A stretch of DNA of 64,000 nucleotides from an uncultured Planctomycetales bacterium (GCA_938003525.1 CALKYM010000304.1:29287-93286), one strand, 5' to 3'; shown: positions 43,815 through 53,620, numbered from the stretch's first letter. Notes: a model not told the origin generated them from the sequence alone. Numbers and translations: made by a program.

Positions 43815-46800
43815 CTATTGGCGATCCTTCCAGACGCGCTCTTTGGCTTTCAATAAGCGACTGGTATAGCTCTCTTCTTCCGCTTGCGGACCCGAGACTC
43901 CGCCTGCTTTGGGCGCCGCGCGTGGCTGTTCGGACCGTGACGATTCGGGCTTGATTTCATCGAGCGGCGCATCGGCCGGATCGATATCGGGCGACGGCTC
44001 GAAGCGGGCAGCGGTCCGCTGCTGTTCGATGCGTTGGCCCACTTCGGCCTTGCTGCTGCGGAGGCGATCGAGGTACTCAGTCTTCGGTGCCTCACCTTCT
44101 CTGCGCAATACGAAGTCCCGCGCCCGCGCTGCCGCGACTGGGACCCAGGCGAAGTTGGCATTCACGCGGCGGAAGAACACATCAGCAAAGAACAGACACC
44201 CGCCCAACAGCACGAGATAGTGCCAGGCCGGCGAGCGATGTTTGGGGATGGCGAGTGTCTCACGAAAGACGTTGGTCGCCAGCCAGTCCTCTAGTGAGCT
44301 CGCTTCGCTGGTGCCGATGGCGACGCCGGGCTCTCCATCCTGCGGCGTGAGTTCCGCCAGCGTCTTCAGCAGTGCATCGTTTGTCGTGCGGTCGCGAAAC
44401 TCGGCCGAGTAGGCCACGTTGACGCCAGCCCGCAACGGCGCCTGACCCACCCCGGGACTGAGCGTGACGAAGTAGTTGCCGGCACCTTCGGCAGGAAAGG
44501 CACCCACGTACCGCCCCGGCGCGATTTGTTCGAGTTCCAGCGCGTCGGTCGACATATCCGGGCCGATCACGGCGCCGTTGATCGAGAGGAAGTTGATGAA
44601 CTCATCCTCGGGATCGAGTGCCGTGACGATCACGCGCACCTGTCCGTCTTCCTGTTCGATGGCCATCGTGTAGTTGCCCTGCTCGGCGATGGGGCGCATC
44701 GACCACCGCGTCATCTGGCTGAAGAGCTGATCAAACGATTCCCAGTCTTCCGGAGCCCAATTCGTCGTCCAACGCTGCCCGGCGTCGGTCGTCCAGCACA
44801 CGGCGCGTCCGGCTCCATAGGTCCACGCCGCCAGCAGCGTGTTGTTGGCAGCGTCAGGTGAAACGGGCGCCAGCATGGCCACCTCGACCAGCGGGCTGTC
44901 CTTGACCGTCGTCATCACGAATCCCGTCAAGGGGGGAAGCGGCTCTTCGATGCCACTGAGGATCTCGTGCGGATAGTGGATCTGCGCGCCGAACCCTTCT
45001 TCTTTCTCGTACACCAGGGGTCTCGCCACACGACGCGCTTCGCGCTGAAAGATGCGCGGGAGCGCGGCATTGTTCGTCACACGGTAGTATTTGCCGCCCG
45101 TGTCGTCGGCGATTTTCTGCAGCAGGTTGTTGCCTGCTGGGCCATGTGCCGCAACCGCGACCGTGGTCACGGTCACGTTCTCCGCCACGAGCCCGTTCAT
45201 GACCCGAACCGATGGGGCCGAAGGATCACCATCGCTGATCACGATCATGTGACGAATGGCGGCGTCGCGCAGCGTCTTGAAGCCCTGCAGCGCCAGGTCC
45301 AACCCCGGATCGAAGTCGGGCATGTCGCCGGGCGTCATGCGATCCAACAGGGCCAGCATCCGCTGGCGGTGCGGACCCACCGGCAGCATGCCGTTGGCGC
45401 GCTGATCGCGCCACAGCCAGTCTGCCCCCGTGACGCCCGCACCGCTGTAGTGCACCAGCCCGCAATAGTCTTGCGGCCCCAGGGTCTTGAGGGCCTCGTA
45501 GGCGATCTTCTTCTGCCAGAAGTTGCCCTCGGGAATCTCCGAGGCGTGCATCAACAGCGCCAGTGCGCCTTTGGGCAGGACCTTGGGATTGCGAATTTGG
45601 AAATCGAGCGGCATCGCCTTTTCGAGTTCGGTATTGGCCCAACCGCCCGCGCCGTAGCTGTTGGGCCCGCCGAGCATGATCAGCCCGGCTCCCATTTGCT
45701 CGGTGTTGCGGACAAGCATCTCGATCAGGTCGTCGGATTCGAACCGCTCGCGCGGCACGTTCGCCAGGATGACCGTGTCGTAGGGTTGCAGCTCGGCGAG
45801 ATTCGCGAAGAGTTGGTTGGTTGGCCGAACGGTGACCTCGAGATCCTGCGATCGCAGCCGCTCGACCAGCAGATCGTATTGGCCCCGCTCCAGGTGATCT
45901 TCGATCAACAACACCTGGGCCGAGCCGCGAATGTAAGTGAAATTCGTGGCCTTGTTGTTCTGCGACATGCCGTCATCGCGGCGATCATCGGGTATGAAGC
46001 GCGCCTCGAACGTGTAGAAGTTGGGCTGTTCGAGTTCCTGCCGCAGCGTAAAGACGTGTTTGCCCGGCCCGATCGTGACCCGCTGTTCGCTGAGCGTGAG
46101 CGGTTGACCTTCGGTGGTTTGCGAGACGCGGAGCACGCCGCTCACTTCGCCCGAGTCTTCCGCCGTGGCCTCGGCCGAATTGTTCAGCACCACGCGCATA
46201 TCGAACGGCTGTCCCTGCCGAACGTCCGAGGGGATGGCCAGCTTCTCCACGCTGACCTCGGCCCGGGCGTGATAGTAGATCGGCACCACGTCGATGCCGA
46301 TGCCCGACTCGGCGGCCGCCCGCGCTTGTTCCAACGCATCGCCCAGGTTCTCGTTGCCATCGCTGACGATGACGATGCGTTTGGAACTGTCCTCCGGCAA
46401 CGATGCCTGGGCCAGTTTGATGGCGGCAGCGAGGTTCGTGTGTTCGGGATCGAGCACGCTTTCGACGAGCTGCGGTAGCTCGACGTCTTCGTCGAAGGGC
46501 GGGATCTCAATCGCCGCCTCGCGGCCGTAGACGATGACGCCCGCCTTGTCTTCATCTCGACGATGCTGGCGAATGGCCTCGTTGGTGTACTCGACCATCG
46601 CCTTGCGCTGCTGCTCCGGGATGCTGCGCGACTGGTCGAGCACGAACACGACCGCCATGCGATCGCTGGTTTGCACGAGTTGAATCTCGGCCAGAGCCAA
46701 CACCAGACAGACGATCACCAGAGTGCGGATCGCGATTACCCAGGCGCTGCGCAGCCGCCCCAGCCCCGCCATGCTCTTGCGGCCGAACCACCACACCCAG

Positions 46801-46862
46801 GGCAACAGCAACAGCAGTAGCAGCCACCAGGGGTGTTCGCAGGTGAAATCGAGCTGCCACAT
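43815..46862 (-). CDS. Large VWA-domain membrane protein (BatA-type N-terminal double-TM domain, VWA, extended C-terminal region)
   Basis: MWQLDFTCEHPWWLLLLLLLPWVWWFGRK..WVIAIRTLVIVCLVLALAEI is the double-TM domain. MIDAS motif VVFVLDQSRSI. VIVSDGNEN block. Late TM helix WHYLVLLGGCLFFADVFF. 1015 aa. Confidence 0.85.
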   Translation of the reverse strand: MWQLDFTCEHPWWLLLLLLLPWVWWFGRKSMAGLGRLRSAWVIAIRTLVIVCLVLALAEIQLVQTSDRMAVVFVLDQSRSIPEQQRKAMVEYTNEAIRQHRRDEDKAGVIVYGREAAIEIPPFDEDVELPQLVESVLDPEHTNLAAAIKLAQASLPEDSSKRIVIVSDGNENLGDALEQARAAAESGIGIDVVPIYYHARAEVSVEKLAIPSDVRQGQPFDMRVVLNNSAEATAEDSGEVSGVLRVSQTTEGQPLTLSEQRVTIGPGKHVFTLRQELEQPNFYTFEARFIPDDRRDDGMSQNNKATNFTYIRGSAQVLLIEDHLERGQYDLLVERLRSQDLEVTVRPTNQLFANLAELQPYDTVILANVPRERFESDDLIEMLVRNTEQMGAGLIMLGGPNSYGAGGWANTELEKAMPLDFQIRNPKVLPKGALALLMHASEIPEGNFWQKKIAYEALKTLGPQDYCGLVHYSGAGVTGADWLWRDQRANGMLPVGPHRQRMLALLDRMTPGDMPDFDPGLDLALQGFKTLRDAAIRHMIVISDGDPSAPSVRVMNGLVAENVTVTTVAVAAHGPAGNNLLQKIADDTGGKYYRVTNNAALPRIFQREARRVARPLVYEKEEGFGAQIHYPHEILSGIEEPLPPLTGFVMTTVKDSPLVEVAMLAPVSPDAANNTLLAAWTYGAGRAVCWTTDAGQRWTTNWAPEDWESFDQLFSQMTRWSMRPIAEQGNYTMAIEQEDGQVRVIVTALDPEDEFINFLSINGAVIGPDMSTDALELEQIAPGRYVGAFPAEGAGNYFVTLSPGVGQAPLRAGVNVAYSAEFRDRTTNDALLKTLAELTPQDGEPGVAIGTSEASSLEDWLATNVFRETLAIPKHRSPAWHYLVLLGGCLFFADVFFRRVNANFAWVPVAAARARDFVLRREGEAPKTEYLDRLRSSKAEVGQRIEQQRTAARFEPSPDIDPADAPLDEIKPESSRSEQPRAAPKAGGVSGPQAEEESYTSRLLKAKERVWKDRQ

Positions 46863-46920
46863 GGTCGCCTAGCCGGCGGCTCGGCCACGAGCCGCGTTGC
46901 CTGATCAAAATCCGCAAGCG

Positions 46921-47877
46921 TTACAGCGTGACTCGCTGCACCCGGTGATTGTTCGTATCTAAGACGTGCAACCGCCCCTGGCTGTCACGCACCAGCGCCC
47001 AGGGATTGTGGAGTTGACCCTCGCCGCGCCCGAAGGTGCCCCAGGCGCCGAGCGGCTGACCGTCGCGGGTGAACTTCTGCACGCGGTGATTGCCGAACTC
47101 GCAAACGTAGAGCGTGTCGTCTGGCCCCAACACCAAGTCGTAGGGGTACTGCAATTGGCCGGCGGCAAGACCTTGCTGGCCCCAACAGTCAAGCAGCGTC
47201 CCCTGTGTATCGAATACCTGGATGCGATGGTTGCAGGCATCGGCCACCCAAATGCGATCCTGCTCGTCGATGGCCATATTCTGCGGCCGCATGAACTGTC
47301 CCGGCTCGCTGCCATGCCCTCCCCATTCCAGCAGGAACTTTCCATCGCCCGCCAGCTTGTGAATGCGGTCGTACTCGCCGTACTCCGAGACGTAATAGTT
47401 ACCCTGCGAATCCTGCACGACGTCGGTCACCATGCCGAACTCGCCGGGTGAGTAGCCGTGTTTGCCACCGAGCGTTTGCACCAACTCACCCTGTGGCGAG
47501 TAGATCAGCACGCGATAGTAGTGCGTGTCTGCTACCAGCACGCGTCCGCGGCGGTCGATGCTCAGCCCCGACGGGCGACCGTTCTTGTGCGTCGGCGTCT
47601 GCCAACCGCGCAGGAAGTTGCCGTCGGCGTCGAAGGCCTGAATCCGGGCCGTCATGTCAACCAGATAGAGTCGATCCTGGCTGTCGATGGCCATTGCGCG
47701 GGGCTTTTGCAGGCGGCCCTCCGACAAGCCGCGTCGCCCCCACACGCGATCGACTTCTCCCACTGAAGCCCCGGGCGTGTTGACGGCCACTGCGCGGAGA
47801 CTGACCAGCGCGGCCGCAACTACCAAGCACACGATTGCGATGGCCGCCCTTGTCGGACGCCTGGCTCTGCTCGGCAT
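46921..47877 (-). CDS. NHL-repeat six-bladed beta-propeller protein, exported
   Basis: ATG 47877 (the track TTG is at 47895) gives MPSRARRPTRAAIAIVCLVVAAALVSL. NHL-type blades: LYLVDMTARIQAFDADGN, VLVADTHYYRVLIYSPQGE, YYVSEYGEYDRIHKLAGDGK, IWVADACNHRIQVFDTQGT, LYVCEFGNHRVQKFTRDGQ, LHVLDTNNHRVQRV. Confidence 0.85.
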   Translation of the reverse strand: MPSRARRPTRAAIAIVCLVVAAALVSLRAVAVNTPGASVGEVDRVWGRRGLSEGRLQKPRAMAIDSQDRLYLVDMTARIQAFDADGNFLRGWQTPTHKNGRPSGLSIDRRGRVLVADTHYYRVLIYSPQGELVQTLGGKHGYSPGEFGMVTDVVQDSQGNYYVSEYGEYDRIHKLAGDGKFLLEWGGHGSEPGQFMRPQNMAIDEQDRIWVADACNHRIQVFDTQGTLLDCWGQQGLAAGQLQYPYDLVLGPDDTLYVCEFGNHRVQKFTRDGQPLGAWGTFGRGEGQLHNPWALVRDSQGRLHVLDTNNHRVQRVTL

Positions 47878-48281
47878 GGCGTGCTCGTCGCGCAAGGCTG
47901 CCTCTTCAACGACATCGGGCTCGAGAGAAACTCAGAATCGCCTTCGCACGCGCCAACCTCTCCTTACGTTAATCGTGGCGGAATTTCGCAGCCGAGCAAG
48001 CACATTCGCAGCGTCCCCGAAGGGCAACTGCTCCGCATGGCCGATGTACGGCGGCTCGCCATTCTCGCCCGGCGGCCCAGCTTCCCAGCCAGACAACGTG
48101 CCGAACGAGGCGGCTGGGAACCTTCGCAGATTAGAGTAACGACCGTGCGTAAGTGCTGCTTGACCAAGCGGTTGGGAGGCGTATAGTGGCTAGGTTACGG
48201 CGGACGATCTCCGGTCGGCGCTGGTGGTTTGCGCCGACCGTTCCTGAGCAAAATCGCGGCCTGACAACACCAAGCGCCGAG

Positions 48282-49403
48282 ATGCCCCCAGCGGTTATCG
48301 ATCTGCAGAAGGCTGAGGACGCCCGCGACGTGATTCACCGCGCCGTGCAAGCGCTGGCTGAAGGCCAACTGGTCGCGTTCCCGTCGGAAACCGTCTACTA
48401 CGTCGCCGCCAGCGCACTGAACGAGGATGCCGTCGCCCGGCTGGTCGCCACGACGGGCAATCCGCAAGACCCCGCGCCGGCGCTGGCAGTCAAAAGCGCC
48501 GAAGACGCCCTCGACTACGTCCCCGACCTGAGCCCGCTGGGATGCCGTCTCGCGCGCCGCTGCTGGCCGGGACCGGTGACTTTGCTCGTCAGCGACAATC
48601 ATCCCGAGGGGCTGACCGAGCAATTGCCCCGGAGCGTGCGTGGCGCGGTCACGCTCGAGGGCCTGCTGGGACTCTGCTCGCCGGCACATCCGGTGCTGCA
48701 CGACGTGCTGCGGCTGTTGCCTGGGCCCGTCGCTTTGGCGGGAGTGGACCGCAGTGGTGCACATGAGTGTGTCACGGCGCAGGACGTGGTCGAAATGCTC
48801 GACGAGAAGGTGCAGTTGGTCCTCGACGATGGGCGGAGCCGATTCGGGCAGCCCGCTTCGGTGGTACGGATCGATGGCAATCGCTACGAGGTGTTGCGCA
48901 CGGGAGTCGTGTCGCCGCAGGTTCTCAAACGGATGGCGAGCTATCTGGTGCTGCTCGTGTGCACCGGCAACACCTGCCGCAGCCCGCTGGCCGAGGTCAT
49001 GCTGCGTCGCCTGATCGCCAAGCGGCTCAACTGCGACGACTCTCAGGTTGCCGATCGGGGCTACGAAGTGATGTCGGCCGGCCTGTCGGCCATGAACGGC
49101 GGTCGTGCGAGTGCCGAGTCGTTGAGCGTCGCTGCCGAGGCGGGGCTCGACCTGCGTGAGCATGGCAGCCAACCTGTGACACGACAACTGGTGCGGCACG
49201 CCGATTTGATCCTCACCATGACGCGTATGCACCGCGAAGCCATCGTGAACGAGTGGCCCGACGCCGGCCCCCGCACGCACGTCTTGTGCCGCGACGGCCG
49301 TGACGTTGCCGATCCGATTGGCGGGCCTATTGAAGCGTATCAACAATGCGCCGCGCAGATGCGCGGCGAACTGGAATCTTGGTTGCAGGAAATCCCGTTC
49401 TAA
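48282..49403 (+). CDS. Fusion: YrdC/Sua5 (TsaC)-like domain + low-molecular-weight phosphatase (YwlE/arginine-phosphatase-type CX5R)
   Basis: ATG 48282 (the track start at 48153 is longer). YrdC-like blocks: LVAFPSETVYYVAAS and WPGPVTLLV. Phosphatase P-loop LVCTGNTCRSPLAE (nt 48960-48983) and DVADPIGG acid loop. Confidence 0.85.
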   Translation: MPPAVIDLQKAEDARDVIHRAVQALAEGQLVAFPSETVYYVAASALNEDAVARLVATTGNPQDPAPALAVKSAEDALDYVPDLSPLGCRLARRCWPGPVTLLVSDNHPEGLTEQLPRSVRGAVTLEGLLGLCSPAHPVLHDVLRLLPGPVALAGVDRSGAHECVTAQDVVEMLDEKVQLVLDDGRSRFGQPASVVRIDGNRYEVLRTGVVSPQVLKRMASYLVLLVCTGNTCRSPLAEVMLRRLIAKRLNCDDSQVADRGYEVMSAGLSAMNGGRASAESLSVAAEAGLDLREHGSQPVTRQLVRHADLILTMTRMHREAIVNEWPDAGPRTHVLCRDGRDVADPIGGPIEAYQQCAAQMRGELESWLQEIPF

Positions 49404-49465
49404 CGCCGGGACCCTGCCTCGGTGCTTGACGCACCATCGACGAACGAGCCTGTAGGAGGCCGAAC

Positions 49466-49915
49466 ATGCGCATCGCGGTTGGTAGCGACCATCGCGGCTT
49501 TCAGGTCAAAGTCAAGATCATCGAGCTGCTCAGACGGTTGGGGCACGAGACGGTCGATTGCGGAACCGACTCCGGCGACAGCGTTGACTACCCGGACATT
49601 GCGGCCAGCGTGGCCCGCATGATTCCCGGTGGCGAGGCAGATCGCGGGATTCTGATTTGCGGTAGCGGGCTGGGCATGTGCATCGCGGCCAACAAGGTAG
49701 CCGGCGTGCGAGCGGCACCGTGTCACGACGACCTGACGGCCGAAATGAGCCGCCGCCACAACGATCTCAACGTGATGTGCCTCTCGGCCGACATGCTGGG
49801 CGAGAAGCTCATCGATCGCATGATCGAAATCTGGCTGACGACCGAGTTTGAAGGCGGACGCCACGAGCGGCGCGTGCAGAAGATCAGCGAGCTCGAGAAA
49901 CCGCCGGGGTGCTGA
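49466..49915 (+). CDS. rpiB: Ribose-5-phosphate isomerase B
   Basis: AGGAGG lies upstream of ATG 49466. MRIAVGSDHRGFQVK..DYPD..GILICGSGLGMCIAANKVAGVRAA..NDLNVMCL. 149 aa. Confidence 0.95.
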   Translation: MRIAVGSDHRGFQVKVKIIELLRRLGHETVDCGTDSGDSVDYPDIAASVARMIPGGEADRGILICGSGLGMCIAANKVAGVRAAPCHDDLTAEMSRRHNDLNVMCLSADMLGEKLIDRMIEIWLTTEFEGGRHERRVQKISELEKPPGC

Positions 49916-49959
49916 CGCCGCCGCGGGGCCACTCTCCGCCAAGTGCACCACCGGCGCAT

Positions 49960-52917
49960 TCAATCGGCCGGGGCAATCTGCTCGGCCACGAGTTCAATCG
50001 GGTGCCGTGCCCGTCGACCGGCACCGTCGGCAATCTGGTGCCGGCATGAAACGCCGGGGGCCAGGATCTCGCCACCTTCCTGCTTCCGCACGGCAGGAAA
50101 CAGCACGCGCTCGCCGATCTGCATGCTCAGATCGTAGTGCTCGTAGCCGAACGAGCCCGCCATGCCGCAACAGCCCGAGTCGAGAACTTCCACGTCGAGG
50201 CCCGATACCTGCCGCAGGAGAGACAGCGTCGATCCTAGCCCGACCAGCGCCTTCTGATGGCAGTGCCCGTGCAAGACGCCGCGAGCGGCTCTCGCTTTCA
50301 ATCGTAGATCGCAGGGGGCCAGCAATTGTTCGATGGGCCGCGCCGCCGCTGCGACCTGTTGCGCTGTGACGCCGGGCACGAGATCCTTGTACTCGTCGCA
50401 AAGCGTTAGAATGCAGCTCGGCTCGCATCCGACGATGGGAATCCCGCGTGCGGCATCCGCGGCGAGCGCGGCGACGTTCTTTGTTGCCAGTGCCCGGGCT
50501 TCGCCCAGAAGCCCTTTGGAAATCAAAGGGCGGCCACAACAGCCCAGACCAGCGAGCCGCACGCAATAGCCGGCCGCTTCCAGCACACGCACGGCCGCGC
50601 GATTGACGTTGGGCTCACTGTAGCTCGTCAGGCAGTCGTCGAGCAGGATCACGTCGCCACGGGGTGCCCCGTTTTGTGGTGCCGGGCGATTGTGGAACCA
50701 TCGCTGGAAATGCTGCCGGGTAAACCGCGGTAGGCTCCGGCGTGCGTCGATCCCCGACAGTTTCTCCAACAGCCATCGCGCACCGGGCAATTGGGGCATC
50801 GCGTTCGACAGCGGCGCTAGCGCTGACCCAATCCGGTTGAGCGCCGCGATCCGCCCCATCATGTGAACGCCCAGTGGCGTACCGTGAGCTTCCCAGTAGT
50901 TGTGCAGCAGTTCGCTCTTCAGTTTGGCGACGTCGACGTTGGTGGGACATTCGCCCTTGCATCCCTTGCACTGCAGGCAGAGGTCGAACGTTTCGTAAAG
51001 TCGCCGTCCGGTCAGTTCGGTGGCCGGCACCTTGCCGGTCAGCACGAGGCGCAGCGCGTTCGCGCGGCCGCGCGTGCTGTGCTCCTCGTCGCGGGTGGCC
51101 ATGAAAGAAGGGCACATCGTCCCGCTCGCCGTTTTGCGGCACACGCCGACGCCGCTGCACAACGACGCCGCACGAACCAGACCACCTTCGCGCGAAAAAT
51201 CCTGCACCGTTTTGATTTCGAGCGGTACATCAGCCGGGTCGTGGCGGAGATTGGTCACCGGACTGGGCCCATCGACGACCTTGCCCGGATTCATCAGTCC
51301 TTCCGGATCGAAGGCCGCTTTCAGCTCACGAAACGCGCCGTAAAGCTCTGGTCCGAAAAGCCGCTCGTTCAGGTAGCTGCGCGCCAGCCCATCGCCATGC
51401 TCACCGCTCATCGCGCCGCCGAACTCCAACACGAGTTCGCAGACCTCGTCGGAGATCCGTGCCAGCCGCCGGAGATCCTCGCGATCGGCCGTATCGATCA
51501 GCGGGCGGATGTGCAGACAGCCCACCGAAGCATGTCCGTAGAAGGCCCCATCGGTGCCGTTGCGGTTCAGTAACTCGCGAAAGCGGGCCACGAACTGCGG
51601 CATCCGCGGCGGGTCGATGGCCGTGTCCTCGACGAATGCAATCGGCTTGCGAGTGCCCGGCACCGCCATCAACAGCGGCAACGCGGCCTTGCGGCAGGCC
51701 CAGATATGTGCGCACTGTTGCGGATCGAGCGCCGTCAGCACGTGGGTCAGACCACGTTGCCCCGTCATCGCGCTGCGCAGCCCGGTCACGGCGTCCGCCA
51801 CTCCGGAGTCCGAGTCGCCGCTGAACTCGACCACGACCAGCGACGCCGGATTGCCGACCACAAAGTCCAGATACTCGCGATACTCCAGGCTGCGCCGCGC
51901 CATGTCGACGATCATCCCGTCGAACAATTCGACCGCCGACGGCTGAAACTGCAGCACCTCGTTGATGGAATCGACCGAATCGGTAAGCGACTCGAAATGC
52001 AGCACGGCAATGCCCCGCGCTGCCGGCATGGGCACGAGATCGACCAGCGCGCCGGTCACGCAGGCCAACGTTCCCTCGGCGCCGACGATCAGGCTCGCCA
52101 AGTTTCGATCAGCACCGGGATAACGCTCCGCGTGGAGTCGCCGTATGAGTTCGACGCTGGGTGGTGTCGGGATACGCCCTCGACACTCGGGCACGAGCTC
52201 GTCGAGGTTGTAGCCACTCACACGCCGTAACACGCGGGGATAGCGGGCGATGATTTCGTCACGATGTACTGATGCCAGTCGCTCGACCGTGCGATAGACG
52301 TCCGCTTCGCGCGTCGCGCCGGCGATCAATTCCGCGCGGCGCGCCGGGTTGGTGGGACCGAAGGTCACCGCCGAACCGTCAGACAAAATGGTCTCGAGTT
52401 CCACCACGTGGTCGACCATCTTGCCGTGTCGAATCGACCGCGAGCCGGCCGAGTTGTTGCCGATCATGCCGCCCAGATTGGCACGGCTGGTGGTGGCCAC
52501 ATCGGGGCCGAACTGCAACCCGTATTCGGCCGCCGCTGCGTTGAGTTGATCGAGCACGACGCCCGGCTCCACCCGGGCGATCCGACGTTCCGGATCGAGC
52601 TCCAGAATGCGGTTCATGTACTTGCTGAAATCGAGCACAAGGCCGGGGCCGATGCATTGGCCCGAGAGGCTGGTCCCGCCGCCACGTGGCACCAGTGGTA
52701 TACGTTCAGCCCCCGCCCAAGCCACCGCCCGGCGTACGTCTTCGACGTGCCGCGGCACGACCACGCCGACTGGCTGAATCTGGTACAAGCTGGCATCCGT
52801 GCTGTAGAGAGCCCGGCGATGGGCGTCGAAATACACGTCGCCATCGAGCCGGCGTGCGAGCGACTTTGACGATTGCGCGAGTTGCGCAGCGTCAGGATGT
52901 GCGGTCGTGCGGGTCAT
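49960..52917 (-). CDS. FAD-linked oxidase fused to Fe-S/CCG domains (GlcD-GlcF-like; D-lactate/2-hydroxyacid dehydrogenase type)
   Basis: FAD-binding domain: VVVPRHVEDVRRAVAWAG..IPLVPRGGGTSLSGQ. GEHGDGLARS block. 4Fe-4S motif CLQCKGCKGECP. C-terminal CCG-type motifs: GCCGRP and SGCCGMAGSFG. 985 aa. Confidence 0.9.
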   Translation of the reverse strand: MTRTTAHPDAAQLAQSSKSLARRLDGDVYFDAHRRALYSTDASLYQIQPVGVVVPRHVEDVRRAVAWAGAERIPLVPRGGGTSLSGQCIGPGLVLDFSKYMNRILELDPERRIARVEPGVVLDQLNAAAAEYGLQFGPDVATTSRANLGGMIGNNSAGSRSIRHGKMVDHVVELETILSDGSAVTFGPTNPARRAELIAGATREADVYRTVERLASVHRDEIIARYPRVLRRVSGYNLDELVPECRGRIPTPPSVELIRRLHAERYPGADRNLASLIVGAEGTLACVTGALVDLVPMPAARGIAVLHFESLTDSVDSINEVLQFQPSAVELFDGMIVDMARRSLEYREYLDFVVGNPASLVVVEFSGDSDSGVADAVTGLRSAMTGQRGLTHVLTALDPQQCAHIWACRKAALPLLMAVPGTRKPIAFVEDTAIDPPRMPQFVARFRELLNRNGTDGAFYGHASVGCLHIRPLIDTADREDLRRLARISDEVCELVLEFGGAMSGEHGDGLARSYLNERLFGPELYGAFRELKAAFDPEGLMNPGKVVDGPSPVTNLRHDPADVPLEIKTVQDFSREGGLVRAASLCSGVGVCRKTASGTMCPSFMATRDEEHSTRGRANALRLVLTGKVPATELTGRRLYETFDLCLQCKGCKGECPTNVDVAKLKSELLHNYWEAHGTPLGVHMMGRIAALNRIGSALAPLSNAMPQLPGARWLLEKLSGIDARRSLPRFTRQHFQRWFHNRPAPQNGAPRGDVILLDDCLTSYSEPNVNRAAVRVLEAAGYCVRLAGLGCCGRPLISKGLLGEARALATKNVAALAADAARGIPIVGCEPSCILTLCDEYKDLVPGVTAQQVAAAARPIEQLLAPCDLRLKARAARGVLHGHCHQKALVGLGSTLSLLRQVSGLDVEVLDSGCCGMAGSFGYEHYDLSMQIGERVLFPAVRKQEGGEILAPGVSCRHQIADGAGRRARHPIELVAEQIAPAD

Positions 52918-53050
52918 GGATTGCGCGGTGCGAGCTTGCTATCGGGGTTCGCGCTGCACGGGTTGTTGCAGCGCAACGAATTGCTGTTAGAGTCGAGTTT
53001 TATACATGGAACGCGCTCACGTTAGTCCTTGCCACGAGTAGTAACCCACG

Positions 53051-53620
53051 ATGCCTGAGCCGCGCGGACCACTCACCAACGATGTCGACGAGCTACTGCG
53101 CAACGCACAATTGCGCGAAGAGCTGGAGCCGTTCGTCGATGAATCGATCGACCTGGTCAGCATGCGGTCGCTGCCCACGGTGCGAGAGAACGAGTATCTC
53201 GCATCGATGCTCGCGTGGGAACGCGCGCCGGCACTGCCCATTGCCCAGTGGTTCAGTCCGCCGCTGGAATTGCCGCACCCCGCCCAGGTCGACGACCCCG
53301 AGTTGCACGAGCGGTTGTGGCGAACGATCCGCCGGCTCCATTCACAGCGGATCGTGCTCGACTTTACCGACCATCTCTCCGACCGCGAGCTGTACTGCCT
53401 GATCTACCGCGACATTCTGCCGGCCATGGAGAAGCGGATCGAGTCGTCGCGGCATTTTCTGCACTGGGATTGCTCGGACACCAGCGGCGATCAACTGGTG
53501 TGGCTCCGCTACTACGCGACCGACGAAGAGCGCCAAATGTGGCAGGAGCAAACCGGCGAGCCGCTCCCCCCGCGCGACGATCCTCCCTACCCGCGGCGGC
53601 TGCCCCATCACCCGCTCTAG
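53051..53620 (+). CDS. Hypothetical protein (no recognisable domain)
   Basis: 189-aa ATG ORF filling the gap between two confident genes. Non-repetitive, balanced composition (W/Y/H/C present), unlike the Arg/Ala/Pro-rich shadow ORFs around it. Confidence 0.55.
   Translation: MPEPRGPLTNDVDELLRNAQLREELEPFVDESIDLVSMRSLPTVRENEYLASMLAWERAPALPIAQWFSPPLELPHPAQVDDPELHERLWRTIRRLHSQRIVLDFTDHLSDRELYCLIYRDILPAMEKRIESSRHFLHWDCSDTSGDQLVWLRYYATDEERQMWQEQTGEPLPPRDDPPYPRRLPHHPL

Noticed and set aside
44967-46478. 503-aa plus-strand ORF
   Set aside because: It is antisense to the 1015-aa VWA gene, which has a double-TM domain, a MIDAS motif and tight coupling to moxR. The composition is Arg/His/Val/Gly-rich without motifs. 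High-GC shadow ORF.
52981-53006. Possible promoter TTGCTG ... TATACA upstream of 53051
   Set aside because: The spacer is only 14 nt and both hexamers are weak. Not supportable.
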